A stretch of DNA of 64,000 nt from Octopus vulgaris. Lineage: Eukaryota. Shown here piece by piece: positions 38,176-50,662 of this stretch. Positions within the stretch are counted from its first letter, which is position 1. Each line of letters begins with the position of its first letter. The position numbers were made by a program, and so were the translations under genes. Under the pieces are notes generated by a model. That model saw nothing but the letters and a program-made list of their open reading frames with translations. It had not been told where the DNA came from and searched no databases. The stretch covers positions 7,626,001-7,690,000 of the forward strand of contig OX597821.1 of NCBI GenBank assembly GCA_951406725.2. The letters are read 5' to 3'.

Positions 38176-39436
38176 CAGAGATTGGACAAAATAATGGAAA
38201 CACCTTAAAACTTCAAACAAATTTATTTTAATATGGGGTAGGACAACCTTTGGCAGTAATTACAGCTTGAATTCTATGAGGTATGAACTCATACAAAGTT
38301 TGAATTATTTCCAAAGGAATTTTTGTCCATTCTTCAGTTAAAACAGTCTCCAGTTCTTGTAGTGATGATGGTGGAGGATATTGACTCCTTACTTGTTTTT
38401 CTAAAATGCACCATAAATGTTCAATAATATTGAGATCTGGGACTGTGGTGGCCAGATAAGATATTCAGCTTCACTTGAATGTTCCTCATGCCATTCAGTA
38501 ACAATTTTAGCTGTGTGAATTGGTGCATTATCATCCTGAAAGACTGCGTTTCCCTCCGGAAACAGTTCCGCAACCATAGGATGAATTTGATCAGATAAAA
38601 TGCTTAAATAGTCTTGACTATTAATTCTGCCATGAATGGAAACCATTGGGCTGGCGGATTTCCAAGATATACCCCCCCCCCCGATCATCACAGATCCTCC
38701 TCCATGTTTAACAGTTGGAAGAAGGCAGTCTGGGTCAAATGCTTCTTTTGGCTGTCCCCACACATATACTCAGCCGGTGGTCAGAAATAAGGTAAAAGAT
38801 GACTCGTCCGAGAAAATAACATTCCTCCACTGCTCTAGGGACCAATTCTGTATATTTTTACTCCACTCTAAACGCTTTGCTATGTTTGTTTTTGAAAGAA
38901 GTGATTTCCTGATAGTAGCCCTCCTGTGAAATCTGGCTTTGTGCAGCTCTCAGTGAACATTTTTTGTGGAATCTGGGTTCTCGAGGTGGTCATTAAGCTC
39001 TGCAGTAATTTTGGAAGCTGTACTTTTGCGATCCTTTCTAACAATATGCGTAAGAGTCCAGCAGTCCCTATCTGAAAGTTCTGGTTTTCTTCCAAAGTTT
39101 TGTTTCGACAAGGTTTTTCCCTCTTTCTCAAAGGCTGTGATTACTTTCAAGACAGTACTTCTTAATACACTAAACATTTCAGCTGTTTTCATTACAATAG
39201 CACCAGCCATATGAGAACCAACAATCTGACCTCTTTGAAAGTCTGATAGATCTGTCATTTTAATGAATTCTAATTACCTTTTTCTGATGATATCTGAAAA
39301 GAAACCGCAATTTTAGCAAAACATATTAAGCAACACTAATAATAAATAAATAAATAAAATAAACAAGCTTTTGATGGTTTTATAGATATTTCAAAATTAT
39401 GATGCTAGGTGTTTCCATTATTTTGTCCAACCTATG
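38176..39436 (-). mobile_element. Full-length Tc1-family DNA transposon
   Basis: 30-bp TIRs (cagagattggacaaaataatggaaacacct / aggtgtttccattattttgtccaacctatg, 2 mismatches) with TA on both sides. Confidence 0.95.
38230..39258 (-). pseudogene. Frameshifted Tc1 (DD34E-type) transposase
   Basis: MTDLSDFQRGQIVG HTH start, GRKPELS, FSDES, TVKHGGGSVM, FQDDNAPIH and WPPQS motifs spread over several frames. Confidence 0.92.
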
Positions 39437-39449
39437 TATGTATGTATGT

Positions 39450-39481
<32 letters not shown>

Positions 39482-40181
39482 TATTTATTTGTATATGTGC
39501 GTATATATACGAAATGTAAATCAACATGGATGCAGGTGTGGATGTATGGTTAAGAAGCTAGCTTTGCAATCATGTGGTTTTTGGTTCAGTCCCACTGCAC
39601 AGAGTCATGGGAAAGGGTCTTCTACTATAAATTTAGGCTGACTAATGCCTTGTAAGTGAATTTGGTGGACAAAAATTATGTGTATACATCCCATCTTCAG
39701 CTGCCTAATGGATATCATTATGGTTTCAACACCTGGACACTACCATTCAATCAAATCGCAGTGTCAACAGCATTTCAGTGTGTATGTGATATATATATAT
39801 ATATATATAGATACATACATACACACCATAATCATCATCATTTATCATTCGCGCATATACACATATAAATACTAGATTTACCAGTGTAAAAGTCTTGCAT
39901 AAAATGCACCCCAACTTTGTGGAAAAAACAAACTTTATGTTTCATTATTCACGCTCAAAACTCATTATTCCATTTATAACACAGTTATGTTAGACCTCTG
40001 CCAGTTTTTTGTTACATTCAAAAACGAAAAAAAAGCATGTCTTACATGTCAGCATATGTGGTACGTTTATATCCAAGTAAACATGAGTATGTGTGCGTTT
40101 CATGTCTTTTGATGACTGACTCCAACATCAAGTTTAAATTTTGTATTATTTTTCATTTATTTTTGTTTCTTTCTGTTTCAG

Positions 40182-40274
40182 AATAGCCAGAGATTATTTA
40201 AGCAAGCAAACATTTTCAGAATTCTTAGAATCAATGTATTTTAAACGTTATTTACAATGGAAATGGTTAGAGAG
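40182..40274 (+). CDS. GRK5: GRK4/5/6-family kinase, 93-bp exon encoding the end of the RH (RGS-homology) domain
   Basis: Polypyrimidine tract + ttcag acceptor and AG|gtaagt donor. Translates (x)IARDYLSKQTFSEFLESMYFKRYLQWKWLE(S), matching the GRK4/5/6 motif YL...F.E.L.SM.F.R.LQWKWLE. Phase 2 end joins in frame to the 53584 exon. Absent from the ORF track. Confidence 0.93.
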
Positions 40275-40376
40275 GTAAGTGATTCTTATATATCTATTTG
40301 CTAACTTAGTGCTCCAGCATGGCCACTTTAACAAGGCTACATCAAACTAAACAATTAAAAATAATATATACAGGTA

Positions 40377-40581
40377 TGAGGCGGGTGCTGAAAAGTTCCT
40401 GGCTTTGGGTAAAAGAAAATACAGGAGGATTGTTTATGAATTTATTCAACATATTCCCTTCTCAGATTCACACACTTATTGCAGCGGTCCTTCAGTTTTT
40501 CTAAGCCATGTAAAAGAACTCAGAAAGTTGGGCCTCCAACCAGGCCATTTGCAATACCAAGAACTTTTCAGCACCCCCTCG
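40377..40581 (-). mobile_element. Mariner-derived MITE (same family as 20207)
   Basis: Same TIRs, flanked by TA, opposite orientation; about 100 bp downstream of the GRK exon. Confidence 0.82.
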
Positions 40582-40942
40582 TAATATCTGTAAACACCCT
40601 CTTTTATGCACATCATATTCATTTAACATCCACGTTCCGTACTGGCATGAGTTTGATGGTTTGACAGAACCCAACAAGCCTCAGGGCCACGTTGAGCTCC
40701 AATGTCAGCATTGGCATGGTTTCTATGGCTCCTATGACCTTCCTATTACCAACCATTGCACAGCATGAACTACGTGCTCTTTTGTCATATCCTCAATGCC
40801 AGTGAGGTCCCCGTGCAGCTTGCAAAACTATGAAACCCCAAGAGAGCCTCTTAACTCTTTAGATCAGTCTTTCATAATATTTTTGATTTAGTGGTGCATT
40901 TTGTATGGGATTTTGAAAATGGTTGCACACTTTGTACAGAAA

Positions 40943-41366
40943 GGCGCAGGAGTGGCTGTGTGGTAAGTAGCTTGTTTACCAACCACATGGTTCCGGGTTC
41001 AGTCCCACTGCGTGGCATCTTGGGCAAGTGTCTTCTGCTATAGCCTCGGGCCGACCAATGCCTTGTGAGTGGATTTGGTAGACGGAAACTGAAAGAAGCC
41101 TGTCGTATATATGTATATATATATATGTGTGTGTGTTTGTTTGTGTGTCTGTGTTTGTCCCCCTAGCATTGCTTGACAACCGATGCTGGTGTGTTTATGT
41201 CCCCGTTACTTAGTGGTTCGGCAAAAGAGACCGATAGAATAAGTACTGGGCTTACAAAAAGAATAAGTCCCGGGGTCGAGTTGCTCGATTAAAGGCGGTG
41301 CTCCAGCATGGCCGCAGTCAAATGACTGAAACAAGTAAAAGAGTAAAAAGAGTAAAGAGTAAAGTA
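40943..41366 (+). mobile_element. SINE family A, young copy
   Basis: Full-length, with a (gagtaaa)n tail. Confidence 0.9.
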
Positions 41367-41473
41367 AAACTATATATTCAAATTTAAAGTAGAAAATAAT
41401 ATTTAGAAAACTATTGCTGTCTATTTGTAATTACTGCTTACTTCGTTTTAGTAGGTATATATATAATAGTAGA

Positions 41474-41792
41474 GTAAAGACCCCTCCTTCGGTCATGAAT
41501 GACCACGGGATTGCACCTACAAAGTTCCCCTCCAAGGCACAAGTCTGAACAAGGTTGTTTATGGAAGACCAGCAGTCACCCATGCTTACCAGCCTCCCCT
41601 CTCTACACCACCAATGTTATCCAAGAGAAAGGCACCAGTGATGTCACAACTCATTTCTACAGCTGAGTGAACTGCAGCAACATGAAATAAAGTGTCTTGC
41701 TCAAGAACGCAACACAGTTTGATTCAGGAATCAAAATCACTACCTCGTGATAGTAATCCTGACACTGTAATCATGGAGCCATGCACCTTCAC
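41474..41792 (-). mobile_element. tRNA-derived SINE, further family (copy at 59950-60287)
   Basis: Shared body gtcatgaatgacc..ggaagaccagcagt..tttctacagctgagtgaact and minus-strand head gaaggtgcatggctc. Confidence 0.75.
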
Positions 41793-42124
41793 TCCTTTGC
41801 TTCAAGAGGAGATGTAGAAATGAGTCATTGGTTGGCCTAGGGCTATAATATAAAACAATCACCTATGTCTCCTACTATTATAATTAACTTGACATGCCAG
41901 TGTCACCTTACTGGCACATGTGCCAGTGGCATGTGAAAAACAACATTCAAGCGTGGTTGTTGCCAACGTCGCTGGACTGGCTCCCATGCAGGTAGCCCAT
42001 AAAAAAACACCTTTTGAGCATGGTCATTGCCAGTACTGCCTGACTGGTCCTCGTGCCGGTGGCATGTAAAAGCACCCACTACACTCTCGGAGTGGTTGGC
42101 GTTAGGAAGGGCATCCAGCTGTAG

Positions 42125-43080
42125 AAACTTTGGCAAATAAGATTGAGCCTGGTGCAGCCTCTGGCTCACCAGTCCTCAGTCAAACCATCAGCATGGAAAG
42201 CGGACATTAAACGATGATGATGATGAATAGTAGAAGACATACATGACAACCAGGCCTCATTTCAACTCCTCCCCTCGCAGCCAAGGAGGTTTATCTGGCA
42301 AGTTGCTTGGTGACCCTGTCAGTGCTGGTACCACATAAAATGTACCCAGTACACTCTGTAAAGTGGTTGGTGTTTGGAAGGGCATCCAGCCAAAGAAACC
42401 AAACTAAAACAGACTATGAAACCTAGTGTGATTTCTTATTTTACTATTTACCAGCTCCTGTTAAAACCATCCAACACATGCCAGCATGGAAAACAGACAT
42501 TAAAGGTTGATGACGATGATGATCAATGTGCTGGTGGCACGTAAAAAGCACCCACTACACTCATGGAGTGGTTAGCGTTAGGAAGGGCATCCAGCTGTAG
42601 AAACTTTGCCAAATAAGATTGAGCCTGGTGCAGCCTCCATGGCTTACCAGTCCTCAGTCAAACCATCAGCATGGAAAGCGGACATTAAACGATGATGATG
42701 ATGAATAGTAGAAGACATACATGACAACCAGGCCTCATTTCAACTCCTCCCCTCGCAGCCAAGGAGGTTTATCTGGCAAGTTGCTTGGTGACCCTGTCAG
42801 TGCTGGTACCACATAAAATGTACCCAGTACACTCTGTAAAGTGGTTGGTGTTTGGAAGGGCATCCAGCCAAAGAAACCAAACTAAAACAGACTATGAAAC
42901 CTAGTGTGATTTCTTATTTTACTATTTACCAGCTCCTGTTAAAACCATCCAACACATGCCAGCATGGAAAACAGACATTAAAGGTTGATGACGATGATGA
43001 TCAATGTGCTGGTGGCACGTAAAAAGCACCCACTACACTCATGGAGTGGTTAGCGTTAGGAAGGGCATCCAGCTGTAGAA
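42125..43080 (+). repeat. Tandem duplication with a 478-bp period
   Basis: acatgacaaccaggcc occurs at 42241 and 42719; the units are almost identical and bounded by copies of the ggaagggcatccagctgtagaa repeat. Confidence 0.92.
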
Positions 43081-43187
43081 GCACTGCCAGATCAGACTGG
43101 AGCTTGGTGCAGCCTCCTGGTTTCCCGGACCCCAGTCGAACCGGCCAACCCATGCTAGCATGGAAAGCGGACGTTAAACGATGATGA

Positions 43188-43225
<38 letters not shown>

Positions 43226-44084
43226 CAGGTTTCCACACAGTTTTCATCCACCAAATTCACTCAAGGCATTTTCCTAAATTGTCTTACAGTAGGATTGATC
43301 CTAAAACCATGTTGTTGTGAAACGAGTTTCTTAACCACACACCCATATGTGTGCCTTACTGAAGATCCCTTCCACCTTTTTATTCAGAAGTGCAGTGCCC
43401 ATGACCCTTTACAGGACCTTAACACCTGGTAGAAGGGAGGGATTTTCCCCCACAAACTGGAGACTTGGACCCAATGACTGCAAGAGAGTGGATATAAGCC
43501 AGGTGTTGGTGTTAAACTAGGCAACAGATTAAGGCCACCACCCATGTAGGTTGGCTTCTGCAGGATTTGAACTCAGAATGAAAGGTACTAGAATCACTAC
43601 CTCCGTGCATTTCATCTGACGCTCTGCTGACTCTGCCCAGTTCCACACTTAAAACAAAGATAAATATATTCCTGTTGACTATTGCATTGAACATTGTTGT
43701 TTGTTGGGGTAGTTTAGTTTGGTCTGGTGGAGAGAAACATTCCCCTCCAAAATGATGTTTTGCAAACCCTCCAAGTCCAGTGAGATCTTACATTGTTAGT
43801 GTTCCTCACAGGCAGTCAGATGTTATTGGCTGCAGGACAGGACGGAATTTTGGAGGGATAACATTTTGGAGAAACAAGGATTGGGTGTGGTGGTTAGTGA
43901 GCAGAGGGTGGGGGTAGAACCTGCAGGTGATTGACACAATTGTGGAATTGGCTGGGAAACTTTTACCTATTTTAACATTGTATAGAAAAAGTGGGATTGA
44001 ATTCCTTTGAGACCTTATTTCTAATGAGATACACAATGCATGTGTCACTAATATAATTTAGATTATAGAGCTTCTTTCAGTTTC

Positions 44085-44323
44085 TTATTTCTTTTTTCTT
44101 TATTGCCCACAAGGGGCTATACACAGAGGGGACAAACAAGGACAGACAAAGGGACTAAGTCGATTACATTGACCCCAGTGCGTAACTGGTACTTAATTTA
44201 TCGACCCCAAAAGGAAGAAAGGCAAAGTCGACCTCGGCAGAATTTGAACTCAGAACGTAACGGCAGATGAAATACCGATAAGCATTTTGCCCAGCATGCT
44301 AAAGCTTCTGCCAGCTCACCGCC
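44085..44323 (-). mobile_element. Nin-domain SINE (family B) inserted in a family A SINE remnant
   Basis: Reverse complement of family B; gagcttctttcagtttc is repeated on both sides. Confidence 0.85.
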
Positions 44324-44568
44324 TTTTCAGTTTGAGCTTCTTTCAGTTTCTGTCTACCAAATCCACTCACAGGGTTACGGTTGGCCTGAGTCTATAGTAG
44401 AAGACACTTAACCCAGGTGCCATGCAGTGGGAGAGAACACGGAACCCTGTGGTTCAGATGCAGCATTTTCTTTTCAGTCAATGGACATTGAAATCAGTGA
44501 TTTACTTGTCACAGAAGTATAAAAGAATGTAAACATGAAAAAGTCTTGTAAAGGATTACAAGTTTTAT

Positions 44569-45017
44569 GTAATAAAAATTGTCTCATCTTAAATATACAT
44601 ACATTTGGTACATTAGATATACATAAAACTACATATGCAAAATGACAAAGAGAAATAACATTAGTTTGAATGTTTGTTCACTATTCCCATTTCTTAACTC
44701 TTTTTAACATATTCCTACAAAAATAGAAAATCCAGTACAAATCATGTTTGGTAATCAAAGCTAACCCAGTGTTGATATAGAATGTGTTTAGCTAAATAGA
44801 TCAACACCAGGTTGATGGTTGTACTGGATTTTTTAAGGAATATGTTAAGAGAATTATGAAATGAAAATAATGAATGGCAAGTTAAGCTAATGTTATTTAT
44901 TTTGTTGTCTTCGTTGTGTTCTCTAAGTATGTGTAGAGTGTAGTATAAGGTTTTAAATCTAGATGTATTGAATGTATGTATATTTACAGTAATATAAGGT
45001 GTGACAATTTTTATTAC
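44569..45017. mobile_element. Old AT-rich foldback element
   Basis: Nested inverted blocks gtaataaaaattgtc / gacaatttttattac, aaatatacatacatt / aatgtatgtatattt, ttaacatattcct / aggaatatgttaa and aaaatccagtacaa / ttgtactggatttt. Confidence 0.75.
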
Positions 45018-46599
45018 TGCTATGTCTGGGGAGAGTCATTTTCTTTTTGTGCCTTATAAAGTAACACACTCACCGGTAAACTTTCCACTTATTTCTTATT
45101 TTTATTTTCCTAAAATTTTCGTTGCGTCTTGCAACCTGTTCAATAGTCTTGACTCTGTCCATTATTTACACTGCGTTCCTTTTTGTTTGTTTGTACGCAT
45201 GTGTGTGGGTCAGTGTGTGTGTATGTGTGCCTATGCATGCATGCACGTATGTATGTATGCATGTATGTGTATGTATATATGTGTCTATATGCATATGTAT
45301 GTATGTGTGTACATCTGTATGTATGTATTCTGCATATTCATGTCCTTGCATGTCTGTGTTTGTGTATTTTCTATGTATGTATGTGTGAGCGTATGTTTGT
45401 ATATGTATGCACCTCTGTCTCCTTGTGTGTGCATGTCTGTGTGTGTTGAAGAAAATGACTCTCCCCAGACACAACAGAACATGCTTCAACACACGAACTC
45501 ATATAAAGAATCTTGCAAACCAAATCCAAAAACGAAATTTTCATTACACAAGACTTGAAATACTCTACAAAACTTTCAGTCATTAGACTGCAGCTATGTT
45601 GAGACACCACCCTGGAGAATTTTAGTTATACGAATTGGACCCCACCACCCAGTACTTATTTTTTAAGTTTGATACTCCATCACTTAGTTACAGGGATGTA
45701 AACACACCAACACCAGTTGTCAAGATGTGGTCAGAGTGCAAACAAAGATATGACACAGACATATATGATGGGCTTCTTTCAGTTTCTGTCTACCAAATCC
45801 AATCACGAAACTTTGATTAGCCCGAGGCTGTAGTAAAAGACACCTGCTAAAGGTGCCATAGAGTAGGACTGAACCTGAAACCATGTGGTCGGAAAGCAAA
45901 CTTTCTACCGCATAGCCACATCTGTGCCTAAGTTTACATTCTTTTAAAATTCTGTGACAAATGATCACTGATACCATTGTCTGTTCATAAGAAGAATTCG
46001 CTCTATCATGAGGAGATGACATTTAAGTTAATACAGATGAAATCAAGATAGGCAACAACGTAATCAAGACTGACAATAATAAATTTGAGACTGGTGATGA
46101 TGAATTTCAGGTTGACATTTGAGATTGAGGTTGATAATTATGGGGAGATTACGGAGGAAACCCTGTATATAAATAGTTAAATATATCATCATCATCATGG
46201 GTCAGATGAGAGTATGTTGGCTGAGAGTTTTTTAAGGCTGGACATCCTTCCTATTGCTAATCCTCACTTGTTTCCAGATGAATTGAACATTAAAAGTCTC
46301 CCAGTCTGTCAACAGCTCCTGACATACTTATGTGGAGAACAGAGTTGGGATGGTCATCACAGTCAAAGCCAGTTCTTATTTAAGAGCTGCTGCCCCACAA
46401 GATGGCTCAAGCAGGAGCATACCTCATTCAGATATTTCATTTTGGAGCTAGTTTCTATGCCTGGAAGCCCCTTTTGCCACCAATCACTTTACAAAGGTTG
46501 CTATGTCCTCAACAAGACCAAAGTCCTCTTGACGCCATATTTTCTCTGTTCTTTTTCAACTTTTTTGCAGAGTTTGATCATAGCACTGGCACTAATAGA

Positions 46600-46965
46600 A
46601 AAACATGTGATATGTGTGTAAAACGGTCTCCAAGTTAAAACACAACTGGTCAGACATTCTTGTGTAGGACCACAAGGAAAGATATCCTTAATTCATCCAC
46701 TACAAATGATCACAATATCTAGGGTTCTAAAAATCTGCATGCATACAAGCAAACAAACAAAGAATATTGCTAGAACTCAAAAATTTAAAACAGCCACCAA
46801 GTTAAAACACAATTGGCCAATTATTGTTGTGTGGAACCACAAGGAAAAGATATGTTCTGTTGTGGATATCAGCCACCCTCAGGACATCAACGCAGTTAGA
46901 ATAATACAAGAGGAAGAAGACGTCGATGGAACAGTGACAGGAGTTTGCAAATCCTTTACCCAAGA
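46600..46965 (+). mobile_element. Fragment of a restriction-like endonuclease (RLE) non-LTR retrotransposon, R4/Dong-like
   Basis: TATKLKHNWPIIVVWNHKEKICSVVDISHPQDIN..IQEEED resembles the HNRPDIV...IIDI..P.D.N...EK RLE motif. Confidence 0.65.
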
Positions 46966-47009
46966 TATACTTTTGGCTCAATACCTATTGTTCTTTTCTA
47001 ATCTAGGCA

Positions 47010-47425
47010 CAAGGCCCAAAATTTTGGGGGAAGGGGCCAGTTGATTACATCAACCCCAGTGTGTAACTGGTACTTAATTTATCGACCCTGAAAGGATGAA
47101 AGGCAACGTCAATCTCGGCAGAATTTGAACTCATAGCGTACAAATCAGACAAAATACCACTAAGAATTTCACCAGGGGTGCTAACATTTCTTATTTCTTT
47201 ACTGCCCACAAGGGGCTACACACAGAGGGGACAAACAAGGACAGACAAGTAGATTAAGATGATTATATTGACCCCAGTGCATAACTGGTACTTATTTAAT
47301 CAACTCTGAAAGGATGAAAGGCAAAGTCAACCTCGGCAGAATTTGAACTCAGAATGTAAAGACAGACAAAATACCACTAAGAATTTCACCCGAGGTGCTA
47401 ACGTTTCTGCCAGCTCACTGCTTTA
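47010..47425 (-). mobile_element. Two nested or tandem Nin-domain SINEs
   Basis: The reverse-complement core gaaaggatgaaaggcaa occurs twice (near 47090 and 47308). Confidence 0.8.
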
Positions 47426-48169
47426 TTATTATCATTGTAGCAACAAGGTATGTCTCAACCAATTTGGAGCAATGTATGGCTGAACTTGGGTTCATGGATA
47501 GAGAACACAAATCCTTAATTCATACACTAGAAATGATCTGATCGTGATATATGGGACCACAAAAATTTGCAAGACCTTCTTGAGATTTAAAGGATGATGG
47601 TTTAAACAAGATAGTTACCTTCACAACCTTGCTACAAAGTAAGAGGCCAGTTAAAATTTATTCTAAATTAAGAGGAGAAAGAACTACATGCATGCATACA
47701 TGTGTGCAGGCTTGGCTGTGTGATTAAGAGGTTCGCTTCTAAACCTCATGGTTTTGGGTTGAGTTCCACTGTGGTGCAGCACCTTGGGTAAGTGTCTTCT
47801 ACTATAGCACCAGGCTGACCAAAGTCCTGCAAGTGGATTTGGTAGATGGAAACTGAAAGAAGCGCATTTCATTTATATACACACTCACACATACACGTGT
47901 GTGTGTACATATATACTCTTAACTTGACAACATGTGATGGTTGTAAACAAGCATCACCATCTTACAAGCAGTGTTGTTTGTTTCAAACCTTCTGTGGAAG
48001 ACATGTCTGGCCACAGGAGAATATTACCTTGCTAGGAAATAGGTGAAGGTTGGTGACAGGAACAGCATCCATCTGTAGAAAATCCACCTCACCAAATTCC
48101 TTATGATCCATACCATCATGGAAAACCAAACATTAGAACAGCGATGATGATGATGATGGATTAGTTTAT

Positions 48170-48630
48170 TTCTACGCCATACTGCAGTGATGGCATTACA
48201 TTTGTACTTGTGTGAGTTGCCACTTGTACCATTGCAAAGTGATAGAGCAAGCAGTTGGTGTAGTTCATAGTTGCAGCTGTATGTTGCCACTTGCAGCATT
48301 GCACTGTGATGCCAGTTGTTGTGGTTAATGCATTGTTTCAGCTGTGTTGCCACTCGCACCAGTGCATTGTGACGACAGTTCCCGTATGTTGCCACTTGCA
48401 ACAGTACGCTGTGATGGCAGACAGTTGCGGTATGCTGCCACTTGCAGTATTGCACTGTGATGGCAGTTGCCGCGAATAATGCATTGTTTCAGCTTACATT
48501 ACCACCTGCACCATTGCACTGTAATGGCAGGCGGTTTCTGTATGTTGCCACTTGCAGCATTGCACGGCAATGGTATCTCTCACATGTTGCCATCTGCACC
48601 ATTACACCATGATGCCAGTCACCACCATCG
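48170..48630. repeat. Degenerate array of ~8 palindromic 35-60-bp units
   Basis: The core tgttgccacttgcagcattgcactgtgatggcag recurs near 48215, 48281, 48343, 48385, 48431, 48494, 48541 and 48583. Confidence 0.8.
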
Positions 48631-49181
48631 CTAAGTCTTTGCTGCAACTGAAATAGCTGTTTTGTATTGCAAGTAGCCTCTAAGACTGCTGCCTACTGCA
48701 TCCACATAGCACTGAAAGATTTAACTCATTGGCAACGGAATTTAATATTGGAACGGTGATACGTAGCAGCAGTGGTGTTCGTGGCTGTGGTGGTGGTGGT
48801 GGTGGTGGTGGTAGGAATACTGCAGTAGTGTTGGTGGTAGTAGCAATCTATATATTGCAGTCTTTCTTTGCCTGTAGGTGTGTATTATCTCATTGGAGTC
48901 TGTGATATCTCGTTATTAGATGATTGTCTGTGCAGAGACAGCATTGAAGGGGTTAACAGACAAAGACAGCGATTCACAGTCAGTCGCCGTATATAAAAAC
49001 TGTATATGAATCAGCTCTGCTAGCAGCTGGAGTCTACGGAATATTGTCTTCACGTATGGCTGACAGAACAGCTATCTCATTAGTAGTTTTCCCCCACCCC
49101 CCACCCCTTTTCTTATTTTCATTTTTTTTTTTTTTTACACTTTTCTCCATCTATTAGGTATCAGTCTCTCTTTCTCCCACC

Positions 49182-49215
<34 letters not shown>

Positions 49216-49469
49216 CTCCGAAGGGTTATAATTTAACCGCTGCCAACTTCAGCTTCAACATACCAACATGTTAAGTATAACAACACTTGTCATTATACCG
49301 ATCATGAAATGGAAGACATCATCGTATTACCATAGGAACTATAAAATATATAAACATATTAATAATAGTAATATAATATAATCACAATAATAATAGTAAC
49401 CTGATATATGTATATGTATTACAAATTCATATATATGCCTGTATATATATTTATATATATATATATATA

Positions 49470-49500
<31 letters not shown>

Positions 49501-49565
49501 CAATATATATGTGTGTGTATATTTATATGTATGTGTGTGTGTATATACATATGTATGTGTGTATG

Positions 49566-49601
<36 letters not shown>

Positions 49602-49753
49602 TTCTTGGAGTGGTTGGCGTTAGGAAGGGCATCCAGCTGTAGAAACTCTGCCAGATCAAGATTGGAGCCTGGTGCAGCCATCTGGTTCACCAGTCCTCAT
49701 TCAAAATCGTCCAACCCATGCTAGCATGGAAAGCGGACGTTAAACGATGATGA

Positions 49754-49784
<31 letters not shown>

Positions 49785-50059
49785 ACAAAATCAGCTACTG
49801 TTTATACAGAAGCAGTATAATAATAATAATGGTTTCAAATTTTGCCACAAGGGCAGCCATTTTCGGGGAGGGGATGAGTCGATTACATGGACCCCAGTGT
49901 TTTACTAGTAGTTAATTTATTGACCCTGAAAGGATGAAAGACAAAATCAACGTCGGCAGGATTTGAACTCAGAATGTAGCAACAGGTGAAATACCATTAA
50001 ACATTTTGCCCAGCATGCTAACAATTCTGCCGGTTCACCACCTTATTATAATAATAATA

Positions 50060-50450
50060 ATAATTGTGTCTTCATTGCCCAAAAGGGGCAAACACAAAAC
50101 AAATAGGGATAATACAAAACTGGGGACATGTGAGGTTTGACACAAAACTTGAGTAAACAATAAAATAATAGTGAGAATTAACCATACAATTAAACAATAA
50201 AATTTCCCAAAAGGAGCAAGTTCTTCACAGGGACAACTGAGGAACCCCACGCAATCTGGTTATCCTGACCACCAGATGCACCTCAGCAGGCGCCTCCCTC
50301 TTTTTCAACTCCTCCGGTTTACAAATGAAAGTTCAGAGTAAGCCCATTTGCATGGGCCATCCTCACCACATTCAACCACCTTTCAACAAATTGATGAGGT
50401 TCAAATGGCAACGAAAGGGCTCTGATTAGTCAAATGATTAATCAAGCAAT
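50060..50450 (-). mobile_element. Possible 3' fragment of an L1/Tx1-like LINE
   Basis: The minus strand reads FVERWLNVVRMAHANGL followed by a T-rich 3' UTR-like stretch; family assignment is tentative. Confidence 0.4.
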
Positions 50451-50629
50451 CGATTAGTTAATCAGTTACCTAGCTGGGTACCAATAATAATTTCTAAATT
50501 TTGGCTCAAGGCCAGCAATTTTGAGGGGTGGGGCAAGTTGACTACATTGACCTCAGTGCTCAACTGATATCTATTTTTTTGACTCTGAAAGGATGAATAG
50601 CAAAGTTGAGCTTGGCAGAATTTGAACTC

Positions 50630-50662
<33 letters not shown>

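Noticed and set aside
48170-48630. CRISPR-like repeat-spacer array
   Set aside because: Eukaryotic intron, divergent repeats, short irregular and partly repeated linkers, no cas genes.
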